A DNA stretch of 64,000 nt. Origin: Eledone cirrhosa (taxonomy: Eukaryota). Positions 16,774-30,386 of the stretch are shown here, piece after piece. The DNA lies in the NCBI GenBank assembly GCA_964016885.1, contig OZ024747.1, positions 84,072,001-84,136,000 of the forward strand, read 5' to 3'. The notes under the pieces were generated by a model. The model did not search any database. It saw only the letters and a program-made list of their open reading frames with translations, and was not told where the DNA came from. The position numbers were made by a program, and so were the translations under genes. The stretch's first letter is position 1. Every line of letters begins with the position of its first letter.

Positions 16774-17884
16774 CCTGAAATTATTTATATCGTCCCCCTT
16801 GTTCTTGTCCTTCCTCACTAGCGTGACTACGCCCTTGGTCACAGCACAGGGAATTCTCCCGTTCTGTTGCCAGTTGCAGTAGACCGCCTCGTGGAGATCG
16901 GGGAACAAGTCCGGCATTGCTAGATATAGTTCGTATGGAAGACCATCGACACCCGGGGATTTGCGTTTGCCGCATTGGCTCAGCACGTCCTCTATCTCAG
17001 CGGCTGAAATCGGCTCCTCGCAGGACTTCGCCTTCCTGTCCGAGAGACGCGGCAGGCCGTCGAAGTATGGACCGAAGTCCACTTCCTCAACCGGCTCCCC
17101 GCCCCTTCCGAACAATCTGGCAAAGTGCTTTTGAAAAGCCTCGCACATCTGCTTAGGCTCAAGGATCACCCGTCCATGCTGGTCTCGCAAAGACCGGATA
17201 GTGGATCTACTCCCTCTTTTGGCTTCTGTCACGTGGGCCCAGCTAACAGCTTTGGTCCCCTCGTTTCCCAGAGCACGTATTTTGCTTCGGACGATGCAGC
17301 CTTCGTGTGTGTTTCGCGTCGAAGAACTGGCCCAGGGCCGTTCTCGACGTTAGCACTCTGGCCACGTCGCCGCTTCTAATTGCCTCTTCTACACTATCTA
17401 CCAACTCCCTTTCCTTCCTATTTCTATTTGAGGCTCCTTACTAAATTCTATAGAGACTACTCTAATCTCTCTCTTGAGAGATCCCCACCACCTGCTGTTG
17501 ACGATGGCGCCCGTCAACCGCTCCTTAACTAAAGTGCTAATCCGGTCCCTGTAAGCCTTACTTGCCGGTAAGGACAAGTTGAGCTTCCAGTAACCGGGTC
17601 CCTGTCTATGCGTTCTGTCAAGATTGACCATGCAGGTCACTAACTTGTGGTCTGAATAGCCAACCATGCGCATTTTTGGACAACTTAAAAAGTCCTTATC
17701 CTTATTTCTAACTAAGAGCCTATCTAGGTACGACCTAGATGATCCGCTGCGGTTTGCCCAAGTCCAGGTTGGCGCAGTCGGAAAATCTAGTCGATATCTA
17801 TCGGCCAGGTCAAATCGACCGATTAACCCTTTGAGGCTATTACACCCCTCTCTATCGGGACAGGCCCCTACGTAGTCCCAGCGC
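16772..17884 (-). mobile_element. internal Tx1 ORF2 fragment (second copy), 5' junction in (TATC)n, 3' part lost
   Basis: WDYVGACPDREGC..SYLDR..SDH..KSPGVDGLPYE..NFRP nearly identical to the 19096-21696 ORF. Confidence 0.9.

Positions 17885-17969
<85 letters not shown>
17885..17969. repeat. (GATA)n between two tandem Tx1 copies
   Basis: Direct. Confidence 0.95.
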
Positions 17970-18233
17970 TGTTTCTTTTATTTGCCACTAGGGCATCAAA
18001 AGTGGGACAAGTACAAAGGGGGGAGTTTACACAAAAAGGCGTCCTCAATAAGGAGGAGGCAATAACAAAATATAAAAATAAAATAAGTTATAACAAAAAA
18101 TAAAATTTATAACAAAATCCTCAATAGAGAGGAGGCGCCTTGGGGGGTCGCACACACCCCCGAAAAAAGTGTGCAACCCTTCTCCTCAGGAGCACAGAGA
18201 AGGGGTGCTCCCTTGGTCTTTCATCTTCCTCAC

Positions 18234-21200
18234 CTATAGTCTGATGTAGAGTGAAGGCCCATTCACACGGGCCATTCTCGCCACTTTCACCCATCTTTCA
18301 TAGAAACGGCTGGGGTGCAGCACCTCTCTCTCCATCCTGATCCTTCTTCCGAAATGATAACGGAAGAAACGGACCAGTTGTTGGTCAGAGAGAAAGGTGC
18401 CTGACCTCAGTCCTTTCAGACGCGTCCACCATACAACCTCTTTCGCCATGGCTATTACGCACAGAAATACCGCCTCTGCTTCATCTTTGAAGGGGGGAGG
18501 CGGCTTGATCATTACAATAGACTCGGTGGTCAACCGGATCGGTCCCACCCTTGACAGCAGTTGTTCGACATAACCCCACAGATCGGCTACGCCCGAGCAG
18601 TGTACCAATGCGTGTGCAACGGTTTCCTCGTCGCACACGCATCTGGGACAGATCTTTTTGGCGGGGTCCCTACCCGGGCGCCCGTGTCTGTAGAGCCTTT
18701 CTCGAACGGGTAAAGCCCCTCGGTAGCACTGCCAGGCCAGGGACTTCTGGAAGTTGTCCATAGGTCCCGGGCTGAATGTCCTACCGAACAGGCTGGCCAG
18801 TTCGTCCTCCTCCATGTATAGGGCTTCTCCGAGGGCGTCGTCGCACCTGCTGCGTACCAGCCCTCTATAGAATGTTGCGGTGGAGTCTCCACTGATAACC
18901 GGATCCGCCTGCCAGAGGGCGGTGAGCGCCTGGGCACACTCAGTGTGCTAGGCACCCAGTTTTCTCGGTCTTTGCTTGACCCAGGATTGCAGCTCGGTGA
19001 GTGAGACGTGTCTGGGAAAGGTTCGTCTCACAAACGAGGCCCACACCGGTTGTCCGGTGAGGAATACGTAGAGGTGCCGTAGCCTTAATGCGTGTTTACG
19101 CATCATTAGCCACGGCATCCCCAGCCCTCCTTTCGAAGGGTGTTGACAGCAGATGGATCTCCTCACCATAGGAGCCCGCCTCTTCCAAAGGAATTGGAAG
19201 AGCGCGCGCTCCATCTTGGTGAGGGTTTCCCTTGGGCAGGGCACTACGGTCAGGCGGTAGTAGATGACGGACGCTATGTAGGTGTTCGCCACCTCCGCCC
19301 GACCTTTCAGGGATAGTTTGCAACTGGCCCACTTCTGGGTCAGTGCAAACACCCTGTTCGTAACCTCCGCCCAGTTTTTTCTCCACCTGGAGGTCCGGTC
19401 CGAACCAGACGCCGAGCAACTTCACCGGGCCCTCCGTCCAGCGTCCGACGACGCCATCGGAGGGCATCGGTCTGCCCCTCCACGTGCCGAGTTGCAAACC
19501 GATCGACTTGTCCCGGTTCAGCTTAGCCCCTGTGAACTTTTCGTACTCCTCCAGTAAGGTGCCGACCGCCTCGATTTCGGAGGCCGTCGACACCATTACT
19601 GTCACGTCATCGGCGTAGGCCGACACCGCTTTCCGCAATCCCGGTTCCAAAGGGATGCCCTGCAACAACTCCAACTTCCGCAGTAGTGGCTCGAGAGTCA
19701 ACACATACAGAAGGGAGGAGAGAGGGCACCCTTGTCGGATGGACCGCGCGATTTTGAACGGCTCCGAGAGGTAGCCGTTCACCTTGACCCTAGAGCAGAT
19801 GCGGCTGCTGTGCATAGCAGTGATCCAGCCCCTGAAAACGGGTCCGAAGCCTGCCGCCGCTAGCACCGCATCCAGGTAACCATGGTCGACCCTATCGAAC
19901 GCCTTAGATTGATCCAAGTTGATCAGAGCCCCACCAAAGCCGGGTTCGTTCCCAACCCTCTCTATGATGTATCGCATGAGGTGGAGGTTGTCATGGATGG
20001 ACCTGGACGGGATAGCGCATGTCTGCGCATCTCCCACCAGGTTGCCCACGACAAGCGCCAACCTCTTTGCTAGCACCTTGGCCAAAATCTGTAACTCTGT
20101 ATTTAGCAGAGTTATGGGCCTGAAGTTACTTATTTCGTCCCCCTTGTTCTCGTCCTTCCTCACTAGCGTGACTACGCCCTTGGTCACAGTACAGGGAATT
20201 CTCCCGTTCTGTTGCCAGTTGCAGTAGACCGCCTCGAGGAGATCGGGGAACAAGTCCGGCATAGCTAGATATAATTCGTAAGGAAGACCATCGAGACCCG
20301 GGGATTTGCGTTTGCCGCATTGGCTCAGCACGTCTTCTATCTCAGCGGCCGAAATCGGCTCCTCGCAGGACTTCGCCTCCCTGTCCGAGAGGCGCGGCAG
20401 GCCGTCGAGGTATGGACCGAAGTTCACGTTCCCAACCGGCTCCCCGCCCCTCCCGAACAGTCGGGCAAAGTGCCTTTGAAAGGCCTCACACATCTGCTTA
20501 GGCTCAAGAATCGCCCGTCCATCCAGGTCTCGCAAAGACCGGATGGTGGATTTAGTTCCACTGTTGGCCTCTGTCACGCGGGCCCAGCTAACAGCTTTGG
20601 TCCCCTCGTTCCCTGGAGCACGTATTTTACTTCGGACAACGCAGCCTTCGTGCTTCGCGTCAAAAAACTGGCTCAAAGCCGTTCTCGACGCTAGCACTCT
20701 GGCCACGTCGCCGCTTCTAATTGCCTCTTCTACTCTATCTATTAGCTCCCTTTCCTTCCTATTCCTATCCGCAGCTAGAACCTTACTAAATTCTATCGAG
20801 ACTACTCTAATCTCTCTCTTTAGAGATACCCACCACCTGCTGTTGACGATCGCTCCAGTCAACCGTTCCTTAACTAACGTACTAATCCGATTCCTGTAGG
20901 CTCTACTTGCCGGCAAGGACAAGTTGAGCTTCCAGTAACCGGGGCCCTGTCTATGAGTTCTGTCAAGGTTGACCATGCAGGTCACTAATTTGTGGTCTGA
21001 ATAGCCAACCATGCGCATTTTTGGACAACTTAAAAAGTCCTTATCCTTAATTCTAACTAAGAACCTATCTAGGTACGACCTAGATGATCCGCTACGATTT
21101 GCCCAAGTCCAGGTTGGCGCAGTCGGAAAATTTAGTCGATATCTATCGGCCAGGTCAAATCGATCGATTAACCCTTTGAGGCTATTACACCCCTCTCTAT

Positions 21201-21672
21201 CGGGGCAGGCCCCTACGTAGTCCCAGCGTGCATCTAGGATACCATTCCAGTCCCCCACTAATAGCAAGGAGCGGGACGTCCCTAGAAAAGTCTCCAGACG
21301 ATGGAAGAAGTCCGGCCGCATTGACCCGAAAGGGCCGTAGGCGGCTACCAACCTAAACGCTCCGCCTTTACCACTGCCAAGGTCCAGAACCACTAGTCGA
21401 CCCTCCGGGTCCAAATGTACCATCTGTGTTGCGAGACCCAGATGTTTTTGCAGCAGAACGACAACTCCACCCCCACCTCCGGGCTGACAGAGAGATGCGT
21501 GCATCTCAAAGTCATCAAAGGTGGGGGCCAGCTGTCGCACGTTGCTGATCCGGGCCTCGCAAATAACCATCACATCTATACGTTGTGACCTGAGGTCATT
21601 TAGAAGCATTGCTTGCTTCCAAGTTGAGCCCAGGCCACGCGCATTTAAACAGCCTACTCTTAGCATAGCCAT
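18234..21672 (-). pseudogene. Tx1 ORF2 (AP endonuclease + reverse transcriptase + C-terminal CCHC) with one frameshift and one nonsense codon
   Basis: CLNARGL, GDWNG, YLDR, SDH; FRPITLLN, LDQSKAFDRV, RQGCPLS, YADD; CPRC-x8-H-x4-C. Extra T in run 19375-19380; TAG at 18948-18950, in frame with 18234-18815. Confidence 0.92.
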
Positions 21673-21696
21673 GTTGGTGGTGAAGAGAAAAGGCAC

Positions 21697-22560
21697 TTAC
21701 CTCTCTGCGTCCCGGGTATCGGGCTGCACAATTTCCATTAGGGTGGGGGATGGGTTGTTGGGTGGGGTGGTGGTTTGTGGAAGTGTGGGGGCATCAGTGT
21801 GTTGTGTGGTTGGGGAGCTTGGAGTTGTGTGGGTGTTTGGGGAGGGGGTGGGATAGTTTTTTAGGAGGACGCGGTTAATGGGCCCGACGCAGGGGGGACC
21901 CACGTCCTCTTTAAAATTGTTTTTTAAAGTTTTATAGGTGTCCTGTGGGGCCTTAATCATTTTGAGGTGGGGGAAATCCCCTGCCTGGGTGAAGTTAGGC
22001 CCTTGTGTTTTTATTAGATTGTTGTTGTACACAATGTTTAACAGTTTTTTGTTTCTTGTATTTATGTATGTGTATGCATGTTTTTGTTTTTGTGTGGTGT
22101 TTTTTGTTTGCTGTTGTTGTGAGCTCTTTTGTGTTGGTGTCAGTGTTATGTTTTGGGGAGGGTTTTTTTTCATTTGTGTGTCTGAGGTGTGTTTTCTTTT
22201 TTTTCTTTTGATTGTGTGGAAGTGCTCCTCCTCGTCTGACGACGAACTAGGGTCATCTTCCGCGTTGGAGGGGAGGGGTATATTTTCGGGTTGTGTTTGC
22301 GGTACGGGTGTTTTGGAAATTGTTTTTGTTTTTTGAGTGGAGGGGATGGGTTGGACATTGTTTTGTTTTGGTTTGAGCTGTGGTGGTTGTTTTTGTAGTG
22401 GTAGTTGTGGTGATTGTGTTGGTTGTGCAGTTGTTGGTGGTGTAGGCAGGATTGGGGTTTTCTTATTAAGTTGGGGACAGACAGCCCTCAGGTGACCTCT
22501 GGTTCCGCAGAGGTAACACGAGGGCCGTCTACCCTCAACGGTAATGTTGATGAAGGTTAG
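21697..22560 (-). CDS. Tx1 ORF1 C-terminal part (gag-like zinc knuckle and P/Q/T-rich tail), 5'-truncated
   Basis: Hand translation is open from 22560: LTFINITVEGRRPSCYLCGTRGHLRAVCPQL (CX2CX4HX4C), in frame with track ORF 21697-22173. Confidence 0.85.
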   Translation of the reverse strand, partial: LTFINITVEGRRPSCYLCGTRGHLRAVCPQLNKKTPILPTPPTTAQPTQSPQLPLQKQPPQLKPKQNNVQPIPSTQKTKTISKTPVPQTQPENIPLPSNAEDDPSSSSDEEEHFHTIKRKKRKHTSDTQMKKNPPQNITLTPTQKSSQQQQTKNTTQKQKHAYTYINTRNKKLLNIVYNNNLIKTQGPNFTQAGDFPHLKMIKAPQDTYKTLKNNFKEDVGPPCVGPINRVLLKNYPTPSPNTHTTPSSPTTQHTDAPTLPQTTTPPNNPSPTLMEIVQPDTRDAER

Positions 22561-22561
22561 A

Positions 22562-22562
<1 letters not shown>

Positions 22563-22651
<89 letters not shown>
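22563..22651. repeat. (GATA)n at the Tx1 5' junction
   Basis: Direct. Confidence 0.95.
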
Positions 22652-22813
22652 GGCCATGCATATTTAAAGATGTGATCTATGCACGTCTACACTAGTGTAA
22701 AATAATATATATATATCGGTTTGATGTAAGGCAGATATATCAGGTTCATGTTTCTAGACTCTCTACACCTTCACGTAGTATATTTCATACACACCTGGCT
22801 GTGCATGTGTTTA

Positions 22814-22970
<157 letters not shown>

Positions 22971-23155
22971 GTTTTGTAACGTATCTATCAATCTGTATAA
23001 ATGTATGGAAAGGGAAAACTGGTTCATATTCACATCAACATATTTGATTTTGTGGTATATTTAATTTAATACAACGTTTACACTGTACAAGATGGTGGTC
23101 CCTTACGTGATTAAGCAGAAACAGAATACAAATACATTATAAAATCTCAGGGTGT

Positions 23156-23334
23156 CAGACCTGCCAACCTCTAAAAGCCCAAACGGTGAGTACCAAGAAT
23201 AAAAGAAATGAGGCAAAATGGGGAGATTTTACATAATGAAAGTTATACCCATTTTCACAAGAGAAGACATCTCTCACCTACCCCCAAAGTGGATGGGAGA
23301 TCTCTCCATCGGAAGGGGAGAGTTGACAGGTCTG
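23156..23334. mobile_element. MITE (possibly hAT-like); partial second copy at 26468-26582
   Basis: TIRs cagacctgccaac / gttgacaggtctg; no clear TSD. Confidence 0.7.
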
Positions 23335-24255
23335 GAGTGGTCTTTTATCTTTGAAGGCTTATTGCATTATTTTCACATAACAAACATACAGGTAATATTT
23401 TCTCATTAGTGACCGAAAGAATAAAACCACATTTCAAATAATTCTGGGCGCACAAGTTTCCACAGGTTAAAGGAAAGGCTCTATTTCCATAGATGAGTTA
23501 CATCACCACACTCCAGTTACTACTTATTTTCAGATAACAGTGGGAAGTGGCGAATTGGCTGAGTTGTTAGAAATGCCGTGCGATTCTCTGCGCTATCAGT
23601 TCAAATCCCACTGTGGTAAAATTTGCCTTTCATCTTTTCAAGTTTGAGAAAGTACAGAACCAGTTCAGTGTGGTGTGCTGGCGGAATAGTTAGAGTATCG
23701 AACAAGACGCCTAGTTGTATTTGTTCTAATCTTCCTTTTGTGAGTTTAATCACACTCTGACCTACTAAGATGGTTGACTTGACCTGTCACCCAGTTTAAC
23801 ACGACCACCTGGACCTTGAGTATCTAAGCGAAATCCACTCTCTTGCAAGCATTCACGCTAGGTCTCTGTTTGGGGGATACTTCTCTTCCACCAAGAGAGA
23901 AGCCTTGAAAAGCGACATGAGAACAGCCCTTCTCTTCTTAGTGAAACAATAGAAAAATTAATTTTAAGTAAAAAATAACATATTTTGTTAAATAACACTT
24001 TCATATGAATCAAAACTATTTTCAATTTCACATAAGCAAGGGTTTTGTATTTAGCATGCATGAATTAGCTTTATGACATTTAACGATTTAATTTACAAAA
24101 TATACTATTCACTCTGAGCAGATTTGTGTAGCACATATAAGCGCTTTTGTCCATTTATAACGACTAATTTATCTAGGCAACGCCGGGTACTCTGCTATAT
24201 ATAAATACATATATGCGCGCGCGTGTTTCTCTGTGTGTGTATTGTATATATATAT

Positions 24256-24290
<35 letters not shown>

Positions 24291-24398
24291 CGTATATATA
24301 CAATGTATAAATATATTAGCAGGTTTATCGGTGACTTGTATGAGTATATGAGTATTTGTTTATATATATATATATATATATACATACATAATATATCT

Positions 24399-24445
<47 letters not shown>

Positions 24446-25039
24446 TATATACTACATATATATATACATACATATATATACATATATATAAATATATATA
24501 AACATATATATACATACATATATATATACATATATATATATATACATTTTATATATATATATATATATATGCATGCGAGTGTGTATGCTTGTTCGAATAT
24601 AAATATTTTTTCATGTTTACATGTATGTATAGGAAAATTAATTACCTATTACCAGAAGGTTTGATGTCTTCAAAAGAAAAAGAAACAACTATAGAGAAGT
24701 GGAAAGGTGAATCTAGCAATTATAAATGTTTCATGTTTCATGTTATTTCCATTGGAAGTCATTTTTATTTACTTACATCACTAATGTCTTCGGAAAAGGT
24801 TTCAGGGCAAAGAGGGCCTACTATATCAAATCTATGTAAGTAAATATTTTTTCCCGAACAGTTATTAAATTGATATTAGATCTATTGACTTTATTTCCAT
24901 GGGGTAGTATTTGTGGGGTGACTTTATTTGTGGGGTAGTAGATATGTTATCGTGACATACTGACTGTTTAGGGTATCAAAGCTTAGCGGAACCTATCGCT
25001 CTCCAGATTGAAATACGGCTTATTTCTTCCTTTCTGTGT

Positions 25040-25140
25040 GGAGGATAGAGAGAGCCAGAGAGAGAGGGGGGAGGGGCGAGACCCAGAGAAAGAGAGAACC
25101 AGAGAGAGAGAGAGAGAAAGAGAGAAAGATGCATAGGGAG

Positions 25141-25195
<55 letters not shown>

Positions 25196-25279
25196 GAGGG
25201 AGACGTAGAAAGACAGAGAGAAGGAGAAAGAGAGAGAGAGAGAAAGAGAGAAAGGTGCATAGGGAGAAGGAGAGAGAGA

Positions 25280-25343
<64 letters not shown>

Positions 25344-25370
25344 TAGGAAGAAGTAGAAAGAGAGCGAGAG
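25040..25370. repeat. (GA)n with recurring tgcatag..agaag units
   Basis: Direct. Confidence 0.9.
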
Positions 25371-26579
25371 GAAATCGACATCATTGGGACTTTATTAACG
25401 AAAGGGTACAAGGTAAAAGTGACATTAACGGGAGTTGAACCTCGACTTCAGAAAGCAGGAAGGAATATCCGACGTTCTAGCGACTCCCCCAATTCGCCGC
25501 CATTATTGACATAACTCTTGCAAATAATGTTGCAGAATTTAATTACATATCTTTACATTCTGGATTCATAACCTAAAGGGATTATCATCCGTAAGGGATA
25601 GATGAAATGAATATCAACTAAGTACTTGGTTGATTAATTCAACAAGGCCGTTCAGGTCTACTAATCTTTTTAAATTAGAATTTAATTATGGTTAAAAGTT
25701 TCACTGCTGCTTTAATTTATATAATATGTATACGATTACAAATATATTCGTAAAAGTACTTTTTTAGGAACGAATATATTTCATTTGCATTTAAATATGC
25801 GAAATCTTTGCATTTGAATTACATTTTTATTCTTAACTAGCAGAAAAACCACCCTAAGGGTGTTTTTTTTTGCTAGCATGTGTAGTGTGTATTATACGCA
25901 AGTATATATACATGTAGATATGATACATGTGTAGTGTGTATATTGATATTATACGCAAGTATATATACATGTAGATATGATATAATACATCAAATAAAAT
26001 CGTAATTGACAATATACACAGAAACTGAACGAAGACGTTGTTACACTGTCTTATGTAATCAGTAACGTAATCCATGATACATTAAAAAAAGACGATATTA
26101 TATATAAACTGCATTAGGAGAAAATTAGTGACAGAAAATTAGTGACAGAAAATTAGTATGTATATTTAAGTGATCGCTACCGGAAGTGTGGACATCACAC
26201 ACTCTCTCTTTCTAGATGTATGGTAGTTGAAGTGATGGCAACGATATACCGGAAGTGCAACTTTGAAAAGAAGTCAATTATAAATTATTTATTTTTACGA
26301 AATTATTTTTGTTTACGAAATTTAGTAGATAAATTATGTAATATTCATTCATTATTTATTCAAAGTAATCCAACTTATTTTACTAACGGGATAAAAAAAA
26401 AAAAAAAACCATACGCGGTCCCGCAGACCTTCCTTTATTTAGATAGAATCAAACAGCTGAATTTTTAGAAAAATGGGGAGATTTTACATAATGAAAGTTA
26501 TTCCCATTTTCACAAGAGTAGATAACTCTCACCCACCCCAAAGTAGGTGGGAGATCTCCCCGTCGGGCGGGGAGAGTTG

Positions 26580-26686
<107 letters not shown>

Positions 26687-26960
26687 AAACAATGAAAGAA
26701 TAAGAAAATCCAAGATGAAGTAGTTATCTATTGTTTTACGGTCGTTTCAGAGGGCAAAATTATTGATGCCGTGCCTAATCGATAGCAGTTATGCAACACC
26801 ATATCATCAGCGTTGAAAAAGAAAAGCCCATCTACTCTGCTGTCTACATACATACATACGAATGTACGTACATATATACATATATACATACATACATAAA
26901 CCTACGTACGTACATACATACATACATAAACCTACGTACATACATACGTACATACATACA

Positions 26961-27568
26961 TGGTGGCTGCCAACTCGTTTTCGAGTACGGCCACTACTTT
27001 ATATCCATGTAGGAGAACCCCTACCGATGCGCTGAACGAGTGTGACTTTTTAGTCCAGCCAGCGACTTGAAAACTCTGGTACAAACACTACACCTGTGAC
27101 AATTATTGACACATAGTGCTGGGCCCATGGTACCATGTGACGACAAGTGCAGAGAGATCTCCAGATATAAAGCAATGCCTGCGCCGTGAAGCTTTTATAG
27201 TGAGCAAAGGCACTGCACAAAGCCAGTCCCACTCTCTTAACCAAGATGATATTTACCAAAAAGAAGAACAAGTCAACATCATTGGATACCATCAGGGTTG
27301 CAGGTGTTATATCAGAGTTTTCCTTCTCCTGGAATTCTGCCTTGACAAAGGCTAAGGGGTCATCTCTCCCGGTGATTGTGGATGGCCATTGACTCTTAAG
27401 AGCTCCTTTGCCCTTTTGACAGGTTTTGTTTTTAGTCCTGCAGGATGTCCAAAGTCACCCTCCTCACCAAGAAACCTTGGTGGGGTTGCCAGTTTAGTCG
27501 CCAACGACCCGACCATGGGACAGGTTGTACTGGGATACATGTTACCAGTAGCACCAACTGGTGACCTG
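26961..27568 (-). mobile_element. bipartite non-autonomous RTE element (apparently full length) in (ACAT)n
   Basis: 5' part has RTE-like UTR motifs (ggagaaggaaaactctga, ggcgactaaactggcaaccc); 3' part encodes [24 protein letters not shown] then ctcg-aaaa-cgag stem and gcagccacca end. Confidence 0.8.
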
Positions 27569-27635
27569 ACATACATACATACATACATACATACATACAT
27601 ACATACATACATACATACATAAACCTACGTACATA

Positions 27636-27704
<69 letters not shown>

Positions 27705-28128
27705 GAGTACATAGGAACATATGTACATACGTACCTATCTACATACATACATACATACACACATACAAATAAATACAAATAAATATATGTATGCAAGACT
27801 GTTGGATAATATATAAAATTGGTAAAGAGAACATCTGCAAAGAAATTTTGATGTGAAGATTTTTCTGTAAAATACGTCTTGCAATAAATAATATATTGAA
27901 TGTTTGAGACGACGGCGTCTCAAAATAATATATTAGTAACAGGATCCTGCGACGAATTTACTCAGCTCTAATTATACCTTCTTATGTAAATATGAAACTT
28001 ATCTCCATAATTAAAGATATATGATATAAGTGAGTTATGCGCTGAAGTGCTTTATATATGTATATATATATATATATAGATAGATATAGATATATATATA
28101 TATAGATATATGGATATATATGTGTGTG

Positions 28129-28193
<65 letters not shown>

Positions 28194-28251
28194 ATATATT
28201 TATATATATGTATGTATATACATATATATACATATATATATATACATATAT

Positions 28252-28304
<53 letters not shown>

Positions 28305-28423
28305 AGTATATAAAAGAAAAGCGAACACAGATATATAAATATATGTGTTCAAATCGTAAGGGACCTTATTGTAAGAGACTATTTTGAGTTCCTAACTCAA
28401 TATATATATTTAATATATATATA

Positions 28424-28475
<52 letters not shown>

Positions 28476-28477
<2 letters not shown>

Positions 28478-28612
28478 CAAAGAAAATGTGGTAAGGAACA
28501 AGGTGGACCATAACGCACCAGAGTACTCGATACTTAGGGTAGTAGAGTGGGTAATAGGAAAAGAGTCATAACCCCCCACGGCTGAGCTCCGGCCGTTTCG
28601 ACAGCTAGATCC
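28476..28612 (-). mobile_element. repeat family C copy
   Basis: gtggaccataacgcaccagagtactcgatacttagggtagtagagtggg; minus strand gaaacggcc..agccgt. Confidence 0.6.
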
Positions 28613-28724
28613 GAACTTTTTTTCAACTGTTTTCCTATATATATATGTGTGTGTGTACTTATATATGTATATATATATGTATATATATAAGTATATATAT
28701 GTATATACACACACACACATACAC

Positions 28725-28806
<82 letters not shown>

Positions 28807-28894
28807 GAATATATATGTATATATATGTATATACACATATATATACATATGAATATATATGTATATACACATATATATACATATGAATATATAT

Positions 28895-28942
<48 letters not shown>

Positions 28943-29465
28943 AGGAAATAAAGTTGAAAATTCAATTGACTTTAAGAAGGTTCATTTACATTAATTTCAC
29001 AAGTTTCATGATTTTCAAAGATTAAGAGAGATGGAGAGATGTGTGGCTATGCCGACTTGTAACTCGCATCTAATGTTGAGAATTTCTTTCAGTTTTATGT
29101 AAAAAATGTGACTCAGATTGTTTTATGTTTTGAAGTACAATTTGATAGGTTGAAGATGCTTATGTGACTAGGCTTCGAAATTTTTGCTATTTTGGCGCCA
29201 AAAATCTGGAGTTTCGTAGTTCCTTCGGTTTTCTACAGAAAAATATATATCGTTCATTCAACGTAACACAATGTATGACAAGACGACAACACTGGCTCTT
29301 TGAACTACAGATACAACTCCTTTTTGCCAGCTAAGTGGCCTGGTGCAAGGTGAAATAAAGTATCTTGCTCAAGGACAATATGCACTATCAGGAATCGAAC
29401 TCATTATCATCAGCCGAACACTCCTAACGATAAAGCCACGTGCCTTCACTTAAAGCCAAAATAAT

Positions 29466-29658
29466 TGTTTCTACTTTTTAGCACAAGGCCAGCAATTATC
29501 CCAATGCATGTACATAATGGTACTTTATTTTATCGACCCCGTAAGGATGAAAGGCAAAGTTAACCTCGGCGGGATTGGAACTCAGACCGTAAAGGGGCGT
29601 AATTCTATGCTACAAAGCATGGCGGCCGACCCTCTGCCGATACTGCCAATCCACCGCC
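29466..29658 (-). mobile_element. SINE A (short form) with 17 bp TSD
   Basis: TSD cttaaagccaaaataat at 29449-29465 and 29659-29675. Confidence 0.9.
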
Positions 29659-30176
29659 CTTAAAGCCAAAATAATGTGCTGCAAAACCAGTCGTTCCCAA
29701 GGAGATGATAAAATTTGGCCAAGATGTTTGTGATCATAGGCCTGCTTGATCAAGACTACATATCTTTCATCTTATATTAAGTGAAGCGTGGATTCATATT
29801 TGGTTCTACCAGGGATAAATCTTTCATAAAGTCTGTTTGTTGGGTACTTTTTAACGAATTTAAATTAATTCTTGTCATTAAAAATTTCTTTAAAACGGAA
29901 TAATCGTATTTAATAATTTCTCCTTAACTTTGACATTTCCTCACAATTATTTGAAAGATGTGTAAATATGAAATTACAATTCAAACCCAAAGAAAATTCA
30001 GCTAAAATTTTTAAATGTTTAACTAAAAGAGAAATTCCTTTACACAGCATAGTTGAAATAACTGTCATTTCTAACGACATAGATACAGTTGTATATAAAA
30101 CAGACAAAAACAGAAGTTACATGGCTGGCGATTTTTACAGCATCAAGGAATGCTGAAGGCCTTTTATTATTTATTT

Positions 30177-30353
30177 GGATTGGCAGTATCGGTAGAGGGT
30201 CGGACGCCATGCTTTCCAGCATAGTTACGTCCCTTTACGATCTGAGTTCAAATCCCGCCTAGGTTGACTTTGCCTTTCATCCTTACGGGGTCGATAAAAT
30301 AAAGTACCAGTAATGCACTGAGTAATTGCTGGCCTTGTGCCTAACGTAGAAAC

Positions 30354-30354
<1 letters not shown>
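30177..30354 (+). mobile_element. SINE A (short form)
   Basis: attatttattt at 30166-30176 and 30355-30365; A and B boxes. Confidence 0.9.

Positions 30355-30386
<32 letters not shown>

Larger units (their letters stand above)
17970..22562 (-). mobile_element. Tx1/L1-clade non-LTR retrotransposon, 5'-truncated, flanked by (GATA)n on both sides
   Basis: ORF1 zinc knuckle, ORF2 APE-RT-CCHC, 3' UTR ending gtggcaaataaaagaaaca. Confidence 0.95.

Noticed and set aside
19282-21856. Plus-strand ORFs overlapping Tx1 ORF2
   Set aside because: Antisense shadows of GC-rich coding sequence
24173-24197. Helitron 3' end (gcaacgccgggtactctgcta)
   Set aside because: Terminal CTAG and hairpin are incomplete and no 5' end was identified
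27480-27568. HDV-like ribozyme at the 5' end of the bipartite RTE
   Set aside because: A P4/CUAA/P2-like piece is visible, but no P1 partner or 7 nt L3 could be assembled
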